Shown here one piece after another: positions 28,340 to 38,405 of a stretch of 64,000 nucleotides of DNA. The position numbers and the translations under genes are program-made. The DNA lies in NCBI GenBank assembly GCA_041496385.1, contig JBGQEL010000002.1:1-64000 (forward strand), written 5' to 3'. The notes below the pieces were generated by a model. That model searched no databases, was not told the origin of the DNA, and saw nothing but the letters and a program-made list of their open reading frames with translations. This DNA is from Candidatus Methylomirabilia bacterium. Its GTDB lineage: Bacteria; Methylomirabilota; Methylomirabilia; Rokubacteriales; CSP1-6. Every line of letters begins with the position of its first letter. Position 1 is the first letter of the stretch.

Positions 28340-29317
28340 CTAGGCGGGCAGCCGGATGGGCGTCAGGACCAGTCGCGCGGGCGAGTTCGGGAAGGGCCAG
28401 CCCGGAATCAACGCCGTGAACGCGCCCGCCGTACCGCCGGCGACGACCAGCTTGAAGTTCGCGGGCGAGCGGAACTTCGGCACGGGCGTGGCGCGGCGCG
28501 CCTCGAGCTGCTCCCACAGAAACCTCCGCGCGTCGGCCTTCGACCACCCGTCGCCCCCGATCGTGCGCGCGTGGAGCGGCGAGAGGACCATGAGAATGTC
28601 GCCGAGCCCGGTCGTCGCGTGGCTCGCGATCACCTCGAGGCTGCGCGCGAGGGTCGCGAGCACGTCCGGCGCCGAGCGGCTCTGGCCGTCGGCGACGACC
28701 TGGAGCGGCTCGCCGGGAAGCGCCGCCACCGTGCTCTCGCCCGACGCGAAGCCGTGCTCGACGTGGAGCGGTTCCCACGGGCTCGCCTCCTCGTACTCGC
28801 CGAAGCAGCACGCGTAGCGGCCCGGGCCGCCGAAGGTGGACATGCTGATCGCACCCGGCCGTGCGCCGCCCAGGTTCACCCAGACCAGGCGCAGCGCGCG
28901 ACCGATCGTGGCGTTGGCGCGCCAGCCGGGGCCGAGCGCGCCGACACCGCAGTTGATGTCGAGCACCGCGCGCACCGGGCCGTTCACGACGATGACGGGC
29001 GCGACGGCGTCGGTCGTGCCGGAGACGCCCACCAGGTCGAAGCCGTCGTCGCAGAGCGCCTGGACGCCGGCGATGACGACCGGCAGGTACGCCGGGAGGC
29101 AGCCGGCCATCACGGCGTTCACCGCGATCTTCTCCACGGTCGCGCGCCCGTGCGCGGGCGCGACCAGCCCGATCAGCTCGTCGGCCGGTCGACCCGACGC
29201 GTCGATCGCCGCACTGACGCGCTCGCGCGTCGGCGGCACGACCGGCAGGCCGTCGGTGACACCGCGGGCGAAGAACTGCTCGAACGGATCGTCCTCGGGC
29301 CGCATCGCGCCGTCCAT
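28340..29317 (-). CDS. uncharacterised 'TDGLPVVPPT' family protein (UGSC-associated type)
   Basis: TDGLPVVPPT, KIAVNAVMAGC, RANATIGRA, PWEPLHVE; start may be 29305. Confidence 0.75.
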   Translation of the reverse strand: MDGAMRPEDDPFEQFFARGVTDGLPVVPPTRERVSAAIDASGRPADELIGLVAPAHGRATVEKIAVNAVMAGCLPAYLPVVIAGVQALCDDGFDLVGVSGTTDAVAPVIVVNGPVRAVLDINCGVGALGPGWRANATIGRALRLVWVNLGGARPGAISMSTFGGPGRYACCFGEYEEASPWEPLHVEHGFASGESTVAALPGEPLQVVADGQSRSAPDVLATLARSLEVIASHATTGLGDILMVLSPLHARTIGGDGWSKADARRFLWEQLEARRATPVPKFRSPANFKLVVAGGTAGAFTALIPGWPFPNSPARLVLTPIRLPA

Positions 29318-29378
29318 TCTACGTCGTCGCGTGCGTCTCGCTTGCCTTCGACGACACGGCGGACTACTCTCCCTACGC

Positions 29379-30455
29379 ATGAGCCAGAAGACCGTCGTCG
29401 CCCTCGGTGGCGAGGGCATCGGCATCGAGGTCGTGGACGCGACGTGCGAGCTGCTCGACGCCGCGGGCTTCCCGCTCCGCATCCTGACGCCGCCCCACGG
29501 CGCGGCCGCGGAGAAGACGCACGGCTCGCCCGTGCCCGACGAGACCAAGCGGCTCTGCGGGCAGGCCGACGGCATCCTGTTCGGCGCCGCGGGACCATCC
29601 ACGAGCGCCGTCGTCAGCTGGCTCCGCTGGCAGCAGGACGCGTACGCCGGCGTGCGCCCGATCAAGTACTACGAGGGCGCCCGCTCGCCGCTCGCCGATC
29701 CGCACGGGATCGACTTCATTGTGCTGCGCGAGAACACCGAGGGTCTCTATCCCGGGCGCGAGGGTGACCTCGCCGAGCTGGGACGCGCCATGCCGGAGCT
29801 GCGCGACCGCGTCGGCAAGCACGTCGGCGACTACGGCGAGGGACGGTTCGCCGTCAAGGTCGTGAGTCGGGCCGGCACCGAGCGCATCGCCCGCTTCGCG
29901 TGCCGGCTGGCGCTCGAACGCAAGGCGCGGGGGCACGCGGGCAAGATCACGTGCGTCACCAAGTCCAACGTGCTCCGTCAGTCGGACGGCTTCTTCCAGG
30001 CCGTGGTCGAGGACGTCGTGAAGCAGCACCCGGGGCTCGGCTTCGAGCACTTCCACGTGGACGATGCGTCCCGGCGCCTCGTGCGCTTCCCGCAGAGCAT
30101 GGACGTCGTGCTCTGCATGAATCTCTACGGCGACATCCTCTCCGACCTCGCCGCCGAGCTCGCGGGCGGCCTTGGCATCGCGCCCTCCGGCTGCTTCGGC
30201 GATCGGTGGGCGTACTTCGAATCGGTTCACGGCTCGGCGCCCGACATCGCCGGCCAGGGCATCGCGAACCCGACGGCGACCATCCTCTCCGCGTCGATGA
30301 TGCTCGAGCACATGGGGCTCGCGGGCGAGGCCCGGAGGCTCGAGGCCGCCGTGGCGCGCGTCTATCGGGAGGGCAAGCGCCTCACGCGCGATCAGGGTGG
30401 CGGCGCGACGACGCGCGAGTTCGGCAAGGCGGTGCTCGCCGCGCTCGAGGCATGA
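29379..30455 (+). CDS. isocitrate/isopropylmalate dehydrogenase family protein
   Basis: GEGIGIEV, RENTEGLY, KSNV, NLYGDILSD, HGSAPDIAG. Confidence 0.9.
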   Translation: MSQKTVVALGGEGIGIEVVDATCELLDAAGFPLRILTPPHGAAAEKTHGSPVPDETKRLCGQADGILFGAAGPSTSAVVSWLRWQQDAYAGVRPIKYYEGARSPLADPHGIDFIVLRENTEGLYPGREGDLAELGRAMPELRDRVGKHVGDYGEGRFAVKVVSRAGTERIARFACRLALERKARGHAGKITCVTKSNVLRQSDGFFQAVVEDVVKQHPGLGFEHFHVDDASRRLVRFPQSMDVVLCMNLYGDILSDLAAELAGGLGIAPSGCFGDRWAYFESVHGSAPDIAGQGIANPTATILSASMMLEHMGLAGEARRLEAAVARVYREGKRLTRDQGGGATTREFGKAVLAALEA

Positions 30456-30645
30456 CGGCGGACCGGCGGGGCGCGTTCTGGGACATGATCGAGGGCCGGG
30501 CGCCGGCGCGCGGCCCGGGCGCGTGAAGGCCGCGTACGAGATCCGCATCCCCCGCCCGCGCGACGTGATCAAGGTGAAGGACAGCGAGGAATACCTGGAG
30601 GACTTCCGCGAGATCCGGAGAATCCTGGGGGCGGAGTTCACGTAA
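30452..30645 (+). pseudogene. chimeric remnant: thioesterase-like N-terminus joined to an ABC ATPase C-terminus
   Basis: MTADRRGAFWDMIEGRAPA, then in another frame ARPGRVKAAYEIRIPRPRD...ILGAEFT*. Confidence 0.55.
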
Positions 30646-30669
30646 GCCGATGGGCGGGCCGGAATCCCC

Positions 30670-32097
30670 ATGACGGCGGCCATCGAGAGGCGCGTCCTGA
30701 TCGTCGACGACGAGCCCGCCATCCGCAGCCTGCTCGAGGAGTCGCTCGCGAGCTGGGGCTACGAACCGGTGCCGGCGGCCAGCGGTGCCGAAGCGTGGGA
30801 GATCTTCCAGCGCGCCGACGCGCCGGCGCTGGCGATGATCGACTGGATGATGCCCGGGATGGACGGCGTCGAGCTGCTCCTGAAGGTCCGGGGCCTGGCG
30901 AAGCCGCGTCGGCCCTACCTCATCTTCGTGACGTCCATGACACGGACCGATGACGTCGTGACGGCTCTCGAAGCCGGTGCCGACGATTACGTCGTGAAGC
31001 CCTTCCAGCCCGACGAGCTGCGCGCCCGCCTACGGGTCGGCGAACGGATGCTCGAGCTCCACGCAGCGCTCGCGCGGCGGACGGAGCAGCTCGACGCGCG
31101 CAACCGCTTCATCCGCCGGACGTTCGGCCGCTACCTGAGCGAGGAGGTCGTGACGCGCCTGCTCGGCGATCAGGAGGCTCTGGCGATGGGCGGCCAGCGG
31201 CGCAAGGTCACCGTCCTCATGTCGGACCTCCGTGGCTTCACCGCCGTCGTCGAGCGTCTGTCGCCCGAGGCCGTCGTGAAGATGCTCAATCACTATCTCG
31301 GCGTCATGACCGAGGTCATCCGGGAGCACGGGGGCACGATCGACGAGTTCATCGGCGACGCCATCCTGGTGATCTTCGGCGCGCCGATCGCTCGTCCGGA
31401 CGACGCGGCCCACGCCGTCGCCTGCGCCGTCGACATGCAACTCGCGATGGTTGACGTCAACGCGTTCAACCGCCGGCAGGGGCTCCCGCCGCTCGAGATG
31501 GGGATAGCGGTCAACACCGGCGAGGTGGTGGTGGGTAACATCGGCTCCGCCCTCAGGGCCAAGTACGGCGCGGTCGGGCGGACGATCACCGAGGCCGCGC
31601 GGCTCGAGTCCCTGACGGTCGGCGGGCAGGTGCTCATCGCCGAGGCCACGCGCGCGGACATCGGCCCCGCGGCCCGGGTCGGCGACAGGCTCACCTGCAG
31701 CGTCAAGGGGGTGGGCGAGCCGCTCACGGCGTTCGACCTCACGGGCATCGGCGGCACATTCCAGCTCGACATGCCGCCGCGCGACCGCAGGCTCCAGACA
31801 CCGACGCACGAGCTTCCGGTCGAGTATGCCCTCATCGAGGGCAAGCAAGTGGGGCCGTCGCGCGTTCACGGCCGCGTGGTCAGGCTGTCGCGCGACGAGG
31901 CCGAGATCTGGAGCGATAACCCGCCCGCCCCGCTCGCGGATCTCCGGCTCGAGCTCACGGCGGCCGGAGAGCCGTCGAAGGCGTGCTACGCGAAGGTGGT
32001 CGGCCCGGCGTCCGAGCGCGGCTGCTTCCGGGTACGATTCACGTTCGTGCCACCCGAGGTCGCCGCGGTCTTCTCGTCGCTGCTCCCGGCGATCTGA
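30670..32097 (+). CDS. response regulator fused to a class III adenylate/guanylate cyclase
   Basis: REC domain (IVDDE, DWMMP, KPF); cyclase motifs SDLRGFT, FIGDAI, GNIGS, RLES. Confidence 0.9.
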   Translation: MTAAIERRVLIVDDEPAIRSLLEESLASWGYEPVPAASGAEAWEIFQRADAPALAMIDWMMPGMDGVELLLKVRGLAKPRRPYLIFVTSMTRTDDVVTALEAGADDYVVKPFQPDELRARLRVGERMLELHAALARRTEQLDARNRFIRRTFGRYLSEEVVTRLLGDQEALAMGGQRRKVTVLMSDLRGFTAVVERLSPEAVVKMLNHYLGVMTEVIREHGGTIDEFIGDAILVIFGAPIARPDDAAHAVACAVDMQLAMVDVNAFNRRQGLPPLEMGIAVNTGEVVVGNIGSALRAKYGAVGRTITEAARLESLTVGGQVLIAEATRADIGPAARVGDRLTCSVKGVGEPLTAFDLTGIGGTFQLDMPPRDRRLQTPTHELPVEYALIEGKQVGPSRVHGRVVRLSRDEAEIWSDNPPAPLADLRLELTAAGEPSKACYAKVVGPASERGCFRVRFTFVPPEVAAVFSSLLPAI

Positions 32098-32107
32098 CGC
32101 GGCCCCC

Positions 32108-32986
32108 TCACATCGTCTTCGGCAGGATGGCCGAGCCCGTCATCGAGTCGGCGCGCCGCCGCGGCCAGCGTCCGCCGTCCACCGCGGTGAGGAAGTCGAG
32201 CACCGCCCGGTTGAAGAGATCGGGCTCCTCGAGGTTGATGGCGTGGCCCGACTTGGCGAGGACGACGAGGCCCGACGTCAGGATCGTGCGTTTCATGTAG
32301 ATCCCGGGCTCGAGGCAGGGCTCGTCCTCGTCGCCGGTCATGATGAGCGTCGGCACGTCCAGCTTCGCCATCCGGTCGCCGAGGTCGAAGATGGACGGGC
32401 GCAGCATCTGGACGCCGCGCAACGTGAGGGCGTGGCCCTGTGCCGAGCCGGCCGCGAGCCGGTCGTGGAACTCCTGCCAGCCGACGGGGTCCTTCTCGGC
32501 GAACTGCACGCGCGTGGGCCCGCGCGCGTAGAACTCGGCGACGGCCGCCATGCCCTCCGTCTCGAGCCGGCGCGCCACCAGCTCGGAGTCGGCGCGATGC
32601 TTGCCCTGGGCCTCGCTCCCGTAGCCCGCGCCGGCGACGACGAGCGAGAGCGCGCGCTCCGGATACGACAGCCCGAAGTGGAGCGTCGCGTAGCCGCCCA
32701 TCGAGAGGCCAACGACGTGGGCCTTCGGGATCGCGAGGTGGTCGAGGACGCCCTTGATGTCGTCGGCGGCCTGCTGCTGCGAGTAGGTCTTGCCGTCGAG
32801 CGGGACGTCGGAGGGCGGATAGCCGCGCGCGTTGAAGACGATCGTGCGGTAGCGGCGCGCGAAGAACCGGACCTGGGCTTGCCAGCTCCAGCAGTCACCC
32901 GCGAACTCGTGGACGAACACGAGCGGCCCTCCGCCACCCGCTTCCTCGTAGTAGAGGTTCACGTCGCCGACCCTGGCCTTGGGCAT
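32108..32986 (-). CDS. alpha/beta hydrolase
   Basis: GLSMGG nucleophile elbow, GDED, SGHAIN. Confidence 0.9.
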   Translation of the reverse strand: MPKARVGDVNLYYEEAGGGGPLVFVHEFAGDCWSWQAQVRFFARRYRTIVFNARGYPPSDVPLDGKTYSQQQAADDIKGVLDHLAIPKAHVVGLSMGGYATLHFGLSYPERALSLVVAGAGYGSEAQGKHRADSELVARRLETEGMAAVAEFYARGPTRVQFAEKDPVGWQEFHDRLAAGSAQGHALTLRGVQMLRPSIFDLGDRMAKLDVPTLIMTGDEDEPCLEPGIYMKRTILTSGLVVLAKSGHAINLEEPDLFNRAVLDFLTAVDGGRWPRRRADSMTGSAILPKTM

Positions 32987-33048
32987 CGCTCACGTCCCTC
33001 CCTGGAACATCCCCGCGCCGCCTCGCCCGCTCGCCGCGCCCGCCGGGC

Positions 33049-33864
33049 TCAGCGCGCGACGGCCGCGCCGCCCTCGACGATCCGGACCTCGCGCTGCGGG
33101 AGGCCAGGGCCCACGCCGATCTGGCGGAACCGCTCGACGAGCGCGGCATAGAGCTCGCCCTCGGCGGAGCCGTAGTCCGGAACGCGCACCCACGGGTCCA
33201 CGCTGAGGGTGACCCCCGCGTCGCCGACCTTCACGATCCCCATGATCGCGACCGGGTCCTTGAGCACACGCGGGTTCGCGTCCACGACGCCGCGCGCCGC
33301 GCGGAGCACGCCCGCGAGGTCCGTGCCGTGGGGCACCGCGACGGCCAGGTGGAGCTGCCGGGTCGAGCCGAAGTTGTGGAGGATCTCGCCGACGATCTTG
33401 CGGTTCGGGATGACGACGCGCGAGCGATCGGTGTGCAAGAGCGTGGTCGAGAACAGCTCGACCGCGACCACCTCGCCGTGCACGTTGAGCAGCTCGATGT
33501 ACTCGCCGACGCGGAAGGGCTTGGTGAAGATGATCGTGAGTCCCGCCATGACGTTGCTGAGCACGCCCTGGAGCGCGAAGCCGACACCGATGCCGGCGAC
33601 ACCGATGCCGGCGACGAGGGGCGCGATCTGGAATCCGAACTTGTCGAGGGCCACGACGACCGCGAAGAGCAGGACGATCACCTTGACGGCGCGGACGATG
33701 AGCTTCCGCATCGGCGGCTCGATCGCCTTCCTCTCGAGCGCGCGGTCGGTGAGGCTTCCCGTCCACCGGGCGGCGATCGCGCCGACGACGAGAATGACGA
33801 TGGCGCCCAGGACCTGGAAGCCGTAGCGGATCACGAGATCGAGAATCAACTCGGTCGGTGGCAT
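33049..33864 (-). CDS. mscS: small-conductance mechanosensitive channel
   Basis: 'GIGVGFALQGVLSN', 'KPFRVGEYI', 'VIPN'. Confidence 0.9.
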   Translation of the reverse strand: MPPTELILDLVIRYGFQVLGAIVILVVGAIAARWTGSLTDRALERKAIEPPMRKLIVRAVKVIVLLFAVVVALDKFGFQIAPLVAGIGVAGIGVGFALQGVLSNVMAGLTIIFTKPFRVGEYIELLNVHGEVVAVELFSTTLLHTDRSRVVIPNRKIVGEILHNFGSTRQLHLAVAVPHGTDLAGVLRAARGVVDANPRVLKDPVAIMGIVKVGDAGVTLSVDPWVRVPDYGSAEGELYAALVERFRQIGVGPGLPQREVRIVEGGAAVAR

Positions 33865-33878
33865 GGCGGGCTCCTTCT

Positions 33879-34310
33879 CTACACCGCGAGCTCCGAGGTG
33901 CAGTGCGGGCAGCGCGTCGCCGGCAGCGGGATCGGCATCGCGCAGCGGCCGCACGCCTTCGTGGCCGACGGCGCGGAGGGCTTCGGAAAGAGGCGGTTCA
34001 CCTGCTTCACGAGCAGGAAAACGGCGAACGCGACGACGAGAAGGTTGATGATCGCGTTGAAGAAGAGCCCGTAGTTGAGCGTCGGCGCGCCGGCGGCCTT
34101 GGCGGCGGCGAGCGTGGAAAACGACTGGCCCGTCAGGCTGATGAACATGTGCGAGAAGTCCACCCGGCCGAGGAGGAGGCCGATCGGCGGCATGATCACG
34201 TCGCTGACGAGCGAGGTGACGATGCCGCCGAAGCTCGCGCCGATGACCACGCCGACGGCGAGATCGACGACGTTGCCGCGCATGATGAAGGCCTTGAACT
34301 CGTTCAGCAT
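33879..34310 (-). CDS. mscL: large-conductance mechanosensitive channel with C-terminal zinc ribbon
   Basis: [17 protein letters not shown]; tail CGRC...CPHC. Confidence 0.93.
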   Translation of the reverse strand: MLNEFKAFIMRGNVVDLAVGVVIGASFGGIVTSLVSDVIMPPIGLLLGRVDFSHMFISLTGQSFSTLAAAKAAGAPTLNYGLFFNAIINLLVVAFAVFLLVKQVNRLFPKPSAPSATKACGRCAMPIPLPATRCPHCTSELAV

Positions 34311-34357
34311 GGCGTCTCCTGGTTGTGAGTCGGCCAGCGGCAGCATATCATCAGGGC

Positions 34358-35878
34358 GTGTTCCGGCGCCTCGCCTCCGATCCGCGAAGCGCAGACGTCG
34401 GGCTCCTCGTCGCCAGCCTCGCGCTCTACGTCAAGACGCTCGCGCCGACCGTCTACATCTTCGACAGCGCCGAGCTGGCCGCGGGCGCGTACACCCTCGG
34501 GATCGTCCACGCCACCGGCTACCCGCTCTATCTCCTGCTCGCCAAGCTCTTCACGCTGCTCGTCCCGCTGGGTGACGTCGCGTGGCGCGTCAATCTCTTC
34601 TCGGCGCTCTGCGCGTCGCTGACGCTCGTGCTCCTCCGGCGGGTGATGTTCCTGCTGAGCGCCTCCCCCGCGAGCGCGCTGGCCGCCGCCGCGATGCTCG
34701 GCGTCTCGTACCCCTTCTGGTCGGAGGCCACGGCGGCGGAGGTGTACACGCTGCACGGCGTCTTCCTGACGGCGCTGCTCTGGCTCGCCCTGCGCTGGCG
34801 GGAGACCGGGCGGTCGCGACACATCCTGCTGCTCGCGCTGATGCTCGGGCTGAGCTTCGGCAATCACATGTCCACGTCGCTCCTCCTGCCCGCGCTCGCG
34901 TTCTTCGTCTGGCGCGTGGCGCGGGTCCACCCGATCACCCGTCGCGCGTGGATCGCCGCGCTCGGCCTGACCGCGCTCGGGCCGCTCACGTATCTCTACC
35001 TGCCGCTGCGCGACGCGGCCCAGCCCGCCGTGAACTACGCGCACACCCTGGGCGTCGACCTGCGGACTCTGGCGGGCGTCCTCTGGATGGTCCGCGGCAC
35101 CATGTTCGGCGAGTTCATGTTCGGCTTTGCGCCCGCGGAGATCCCGAGGGAGGTTCTCCGGTTCCTCGGCTTCTTCTGGGATAGCTTCCTCGGCGCCGGC
35201 GCCGCGGTGGCCGCGCTCGGCCTGCTCGATCAGTGGCGGCGCGACCGGGTCGCCGCGGGGACGCTCGGCCTCGTCTTCGTCGTCACGGCCGCGTTCTTCA
35301 TCGACTACCGCGTCCCCGACAACGACACGATGTTCCTGCCACCGCTCCTCGTCGGCGCGATCTGGATCGCCCTCGGCCTCGACGGCCTGCGCGACGTCCT
35401 CGCCCAGGCGCAGCGGCTGCGCGTGCCTCCGCGCGCGTTCCGCGGGGCGGCCGCCCTGCTCGTGGCGGCGATGCTGATCGCCAACTACACGCGCGTCGAT
35501 CTCTCGCGCTACGCGACGCCGCGCACGTACGCCGAGGGCGTGCTGGGTCACGTCCTGCCCGGCGCCTTCATCCTGGGCGGCTGGCTCAACATCACGCCGC
35601 TGCTCTATCTCAAGGCCGTCGAGGGCCGGCGCCCCGACGTGGAGCTGTTCGACTGGGGACTCTACGGCCTCGGGCACCGGGCCGCGCTGCGCGCACGGGG
35701 GGTGCCGAGGGACGAGGCGCTCGAGGACGCCCGGGACGAGGTGCGCCTGCGTGTCCGGCGCGAGCTTCTGACAGGCCGGCCCGTCTATACGCTCAACGAC
35801 GACGGCCTGCTGAGCCGGGACTTCACGCTGGTGCCGGAGGGCGACGTCCTCCGCGTGTGCGACGGCCCGTGCGACTGA
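34358..35878 (+). CDS. DUF2723 (TMEM260-like) GT-C membrane glycosyltransferase
   Basis: [35 protein letters not shown]. Confidence 0.8.
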   Translation: MFRRLASDPRSADVGLLVASLALYVKTLAPTVYIFDSAELAAGAYTLGIVHATGYPLYLLLAKLFTLLVPLGDVAWRVNLFSALCASLTLVLLRRVMFLLSASPASALAAAAMLGVSYPFWSEATAAEVYTLHGVFLTALLWLALRWRETGRSRHILLLALMLGLSFGNHMSTSLLLPALAFFVWRVARVHPITRRAWIAALGLTALGPLTYLYLPLRDAAQPAVNYAHTLGVDLRTLAGVLWMVRGTMFGEFMFGFAPAEIPREVLRFLGFFWDSFLGAGAAVAALGLLDQWRRDRVAAGTLGLVFVVTAAFFIDYRVPDNDTMFLPPLLVGAIWIALGLDGLRDVLAQAQRLRVPPRAFRGAAALLVAAMLIANYTRVDLSRYATPRTYAEGVLGHVLPGAFILGGWLNITPLLYLKAVEGRRPDVELFDWGLYGLGHRAALRARGVPRDEALEDARDEVRLRVRRELLTGRPVYTLNDDGLLSRDFTLVPEGDVLRVCDGPCD

Positions 35879-35933
35879 GGCCCGGCGAGCGCGCAACTTG
35901 CCTTTCCGCGCGGCGTCGAGTCATAATCGCCGC

Positions 35934-36731
35934 GTGAAAATTCTCGTGCCGGCACTCCTCGCGCTCGTTCTCGCGCCCGGCACCGCCTGGGCCCAGGGGC
36001 CGGCCGCGGGCAAGGTGACCGGGGTCAACGGCGAGGCCGTCGCGACCGGCCCCGCGCGCGCCGCGCAGGTCGCGCTCAAGCCGGCCAACGACATCTTCCT
36101 GAGGGACAGGATCCAGACGTCCGAGCATTCGTTGCTCCGGATGCTCCTCGCGAGCAAGGCGGTCGTCACCGTCCGCGAGCTCTCCGTCGTGACCATCACG
36201 GAGGATATCAAGCAGATCGACCTCACCAGCGGCAAGATCGCCTACGGCGTCGTGCCGCAACGGACGCAGGCCCAGGCGTACGACATCAGGACGCCGAACG
36301 TCGTCGCCAGCATCCGGGGCACGCTCGTAGTCGTCGAGGTGCCGACGCAGCCGGCGGGCGGCCCCTCGCAGACCGACCTCCACAACGTGTCCGATCCCGC
36401 GAAGGAGCCCGCGTCCCTGGTGGAGGTCCGGTCTCGCTCCGGCTCGGGATCTCCCGTCACGCTCGGACCGCTGCAATCGCTCACCGTCGTCGGCAATCTC
36501 TTCGGCCAGATCCGCGTGCTCACGCGGGCGCAGGCGCTGAGGATCTCGGATCTGAAGCCCAAGGGCCAGGCGCCGCCCAGCCAGCCCCGCGGCGGGCCGC
36601 GGGGCGCGCAGGCGTCGAGCGATCTGGATGCTGCGAGAGGTGGTGCTCCGGGCGGGCTGAACACCCCGACGACCGTCCGGACGCCGGGACTGAATCCGGG
36701 GAATCAGATCGTCGGCGGCAGCTACAGGTAG
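35934..36731 (+). CDS. secreted FecR-domain protein
   Basis: Signal peptide ending AWA; 'IRTPNVVASIRGT'; paralogous to 26759-28141. Confidence 0.8.
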   Translation: MKILVPALLALVLAPGTAWAQGPAAGKVTGVNGEAVATGPARAAQVALKPANDIFLRDRIQTSEHSLLRMLLASKAVVTVRELSVVTITEDIKQIDLTSGKIAYGVVPQRTQAQAYDIRTPNVVASIRGTLVVVEVPTQPAGGPSQTDLHNVSDPAKEPASLVEVRSRSGSGSPVTLGPLQSLTVVGNLFGQIRVLTRAQALRISDLKPKGQAPPSQPRGGPRGAQASSDLDAARGGAPGGLNTPTTVRTPGLNPGNQIVGGSYR

Positions 36732-36751
36732 CCGACGGCGCCGGATCTTCG

Positions 36752-38341
36752 TCAGTAACGCCAGGAGAGGATCAGCGAGAAGACGCTCCGGCTGAGCGAG
36801 TAGAGCGGAACGTTCGAGTGGTTGACGATCCCCTGATACTCACCCGCCAGCGTCATGTTGAACGGCAGCGGCTTCTCGACGCGGACGACGTGGGTCTGCT
36901 CGGTGTCCTCCCGGGCCTTCGAGTTCGGATTGGCGGCGGGCAGGAGCGCGTGGTCGTTGACGTAGTCGCGCTGGTGCAGGTCGAAGTCGTACTTGAGCCG
37001 TAGCCCGCCCCAGGGCAGCGTGTACTGCCCGCCCGCGAGCAGCCGGTGACCGCGGTAGCTGTAGTCACGGCCGTCCGCGTTCTCGATGTCGAACTGGTAC
37101 CCGAGCCGCACGTAGTGCCGGTCGGCGGCGAACCGGAACACGTGAAGGCCGCCCACCATCCAGTTGTCCGCGCTCCGCTGCTCCGCGCGCACGGTGAGCG
37201 GGAGCTCGGAGAAGCTCTTGTCCTGGAAGCGGGCCTGCAGCGCCGTCAGGCTGCCCGCGTTCTCGACGAGCGTCGCGCTGGCGCTCACCGTGTGGCGGTC
37301 GAGAAACGCGTCGCCGTCGAGCAGCGTCGTGTCGAAGGCATAGTCGGCGACGAGCCGCAGCGGCATTCCGCCGAGCGCGCCCAGCCAGGCGCCGGAGAGA
37401 CCGAAGAGGTGGTTCGTGACGTCGAACTTCGGCAGGTCGTTGTAGAACACCTGGAAGAACGAGTACGAGACGCTCGATTCCCACGGCCCCGTCCTGAGCC
37501 ACGCGTAGTCCAGACGCAGGCCGAGGAGCTCGCCGATCGAGTGCTGGTCCCGCAGCTGCCGGACCGCCTCCGCGGTCGGATCGTGGCTGGGCCGGGGCAG
37601 GAGCGAGACGTTGGTGTCGTAGAGGAACCCCGCCCGGAGCTCGGCGTGGAAGCGCCGGCTGCGCTCCCGCGCGGTGGCCATCGTGTCCCGCAGCCGGTCC
37701 GCGACGCCCGTGAGCGCGGTGGCCGAGGGGATCCTGAGCGCCTGCTCCGCCTCCGCGGCGGCCTCCGGCGCTTCGCCCAGGCTGGCGAGCGCCAGGCTCG
37801 AGTAGAAGCGCGTGAGCTGCTGCGTGTCGGGGTCCGAGGACGTCGACGCGCGGAAGGCCTCGAGCGCGCCACGGTAGTCGCGCTTGTGATAGCGGACGAG
37901 ACCGACGTAGTAGCCGATCCCCTCGGTCTGCGGCGCGGCCTGGAGCACGCGGGTGAGCGGCGCCTCCGCCCGCTCGTAGTCCCGCCGCGTGACGTACGCC
38001 ACGCCGAGCTGGTAGAGGACGTTCAGGTCGTCGGGCGCCGCCGCGCGCGCCTTCTCGAGCGCCTCCGCGGCCTCGGCCGGCTTCCCTTGGGCGAGCAGGA
38101 CGAGACCCGTGTAGTAGAGCGCGTCGGCGTTGGCGGGATCCTGCGCGAGCGCCGCGCGCAGGAGAGTGAGCGCCTCGTCGTAGCGCTTGTCCTCGTACGC
38201 GAGCGCGGCCTCGGCCGTCGCGACCTCGGCCTCGGCCGACTGCTGGGCCGCGGCCGTGCCGATGCCGAAGCCGAGCGCCGCGACGGACGTGAGCACGCAG
38301 GCGAACGCCAGGAGGGCGCGCGCGGGAGTTCGAACGATCAC
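36752..38341 (-). CDS. TPR-containing outer-membrane beta-barrel protein (DUF560/Slam-like)
   Basis: Signal peptide, N-terminal TPRs, 'YDTNV', amphipathic beta strands, C-terminal 'LSWRY'. Confidence 0.75.
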   Translation of the reverse strand: MIVRTPARALLAFACVLTSVAALGFGIGTAAAQQSAEAEVATAEAALAYEDKRYDEALTLLRAALAQDPANADALYYTGLVLLAQGKPAEAAEALEKARAAAPDDLNVLYQLGVAYVTRRDYERAEAPLTRVLQAAPQTEGIGYYVGLVRYHKRDYRGALEAFRASTSSDPDTQQLTRFYSSLALASLGEAPEAAAEAEQALRIPSATALTGVADRLRDTMATARERSRRFHAELRAGFLYDTNVSLLPRPSHDPTAEAVRQLRDQHSIGELLGLRLDYAWLRTGPWESSVSYSFFQVFYNDLPKFDVTNHLFGLSGAWLGALGGMPLRLVADYAFDTTLLDGDAFLDRHTVSASATLVENAGSLTALQARFQDKSFSELPLTVRAEQRSADNWMVGGLHVFRFAADRHYVRLGYQFDIENADGRDYSYRGHRLLAGGQYTLPWGGLRLKYDFDLHQRDYVNDHALLPAANPNSKAREDTEQTHVVRVEKPLPFNMTLAGEYQGIVNHSNVPLYSLSRSVFSLILSWRY

Positions 38342-38405
38342 CGAGCTTTTCTATCAGAGATCGGTCGGTCCTGTCCAGAACGGCGGACCCGCGCGCCCCT
38401 CCCCC

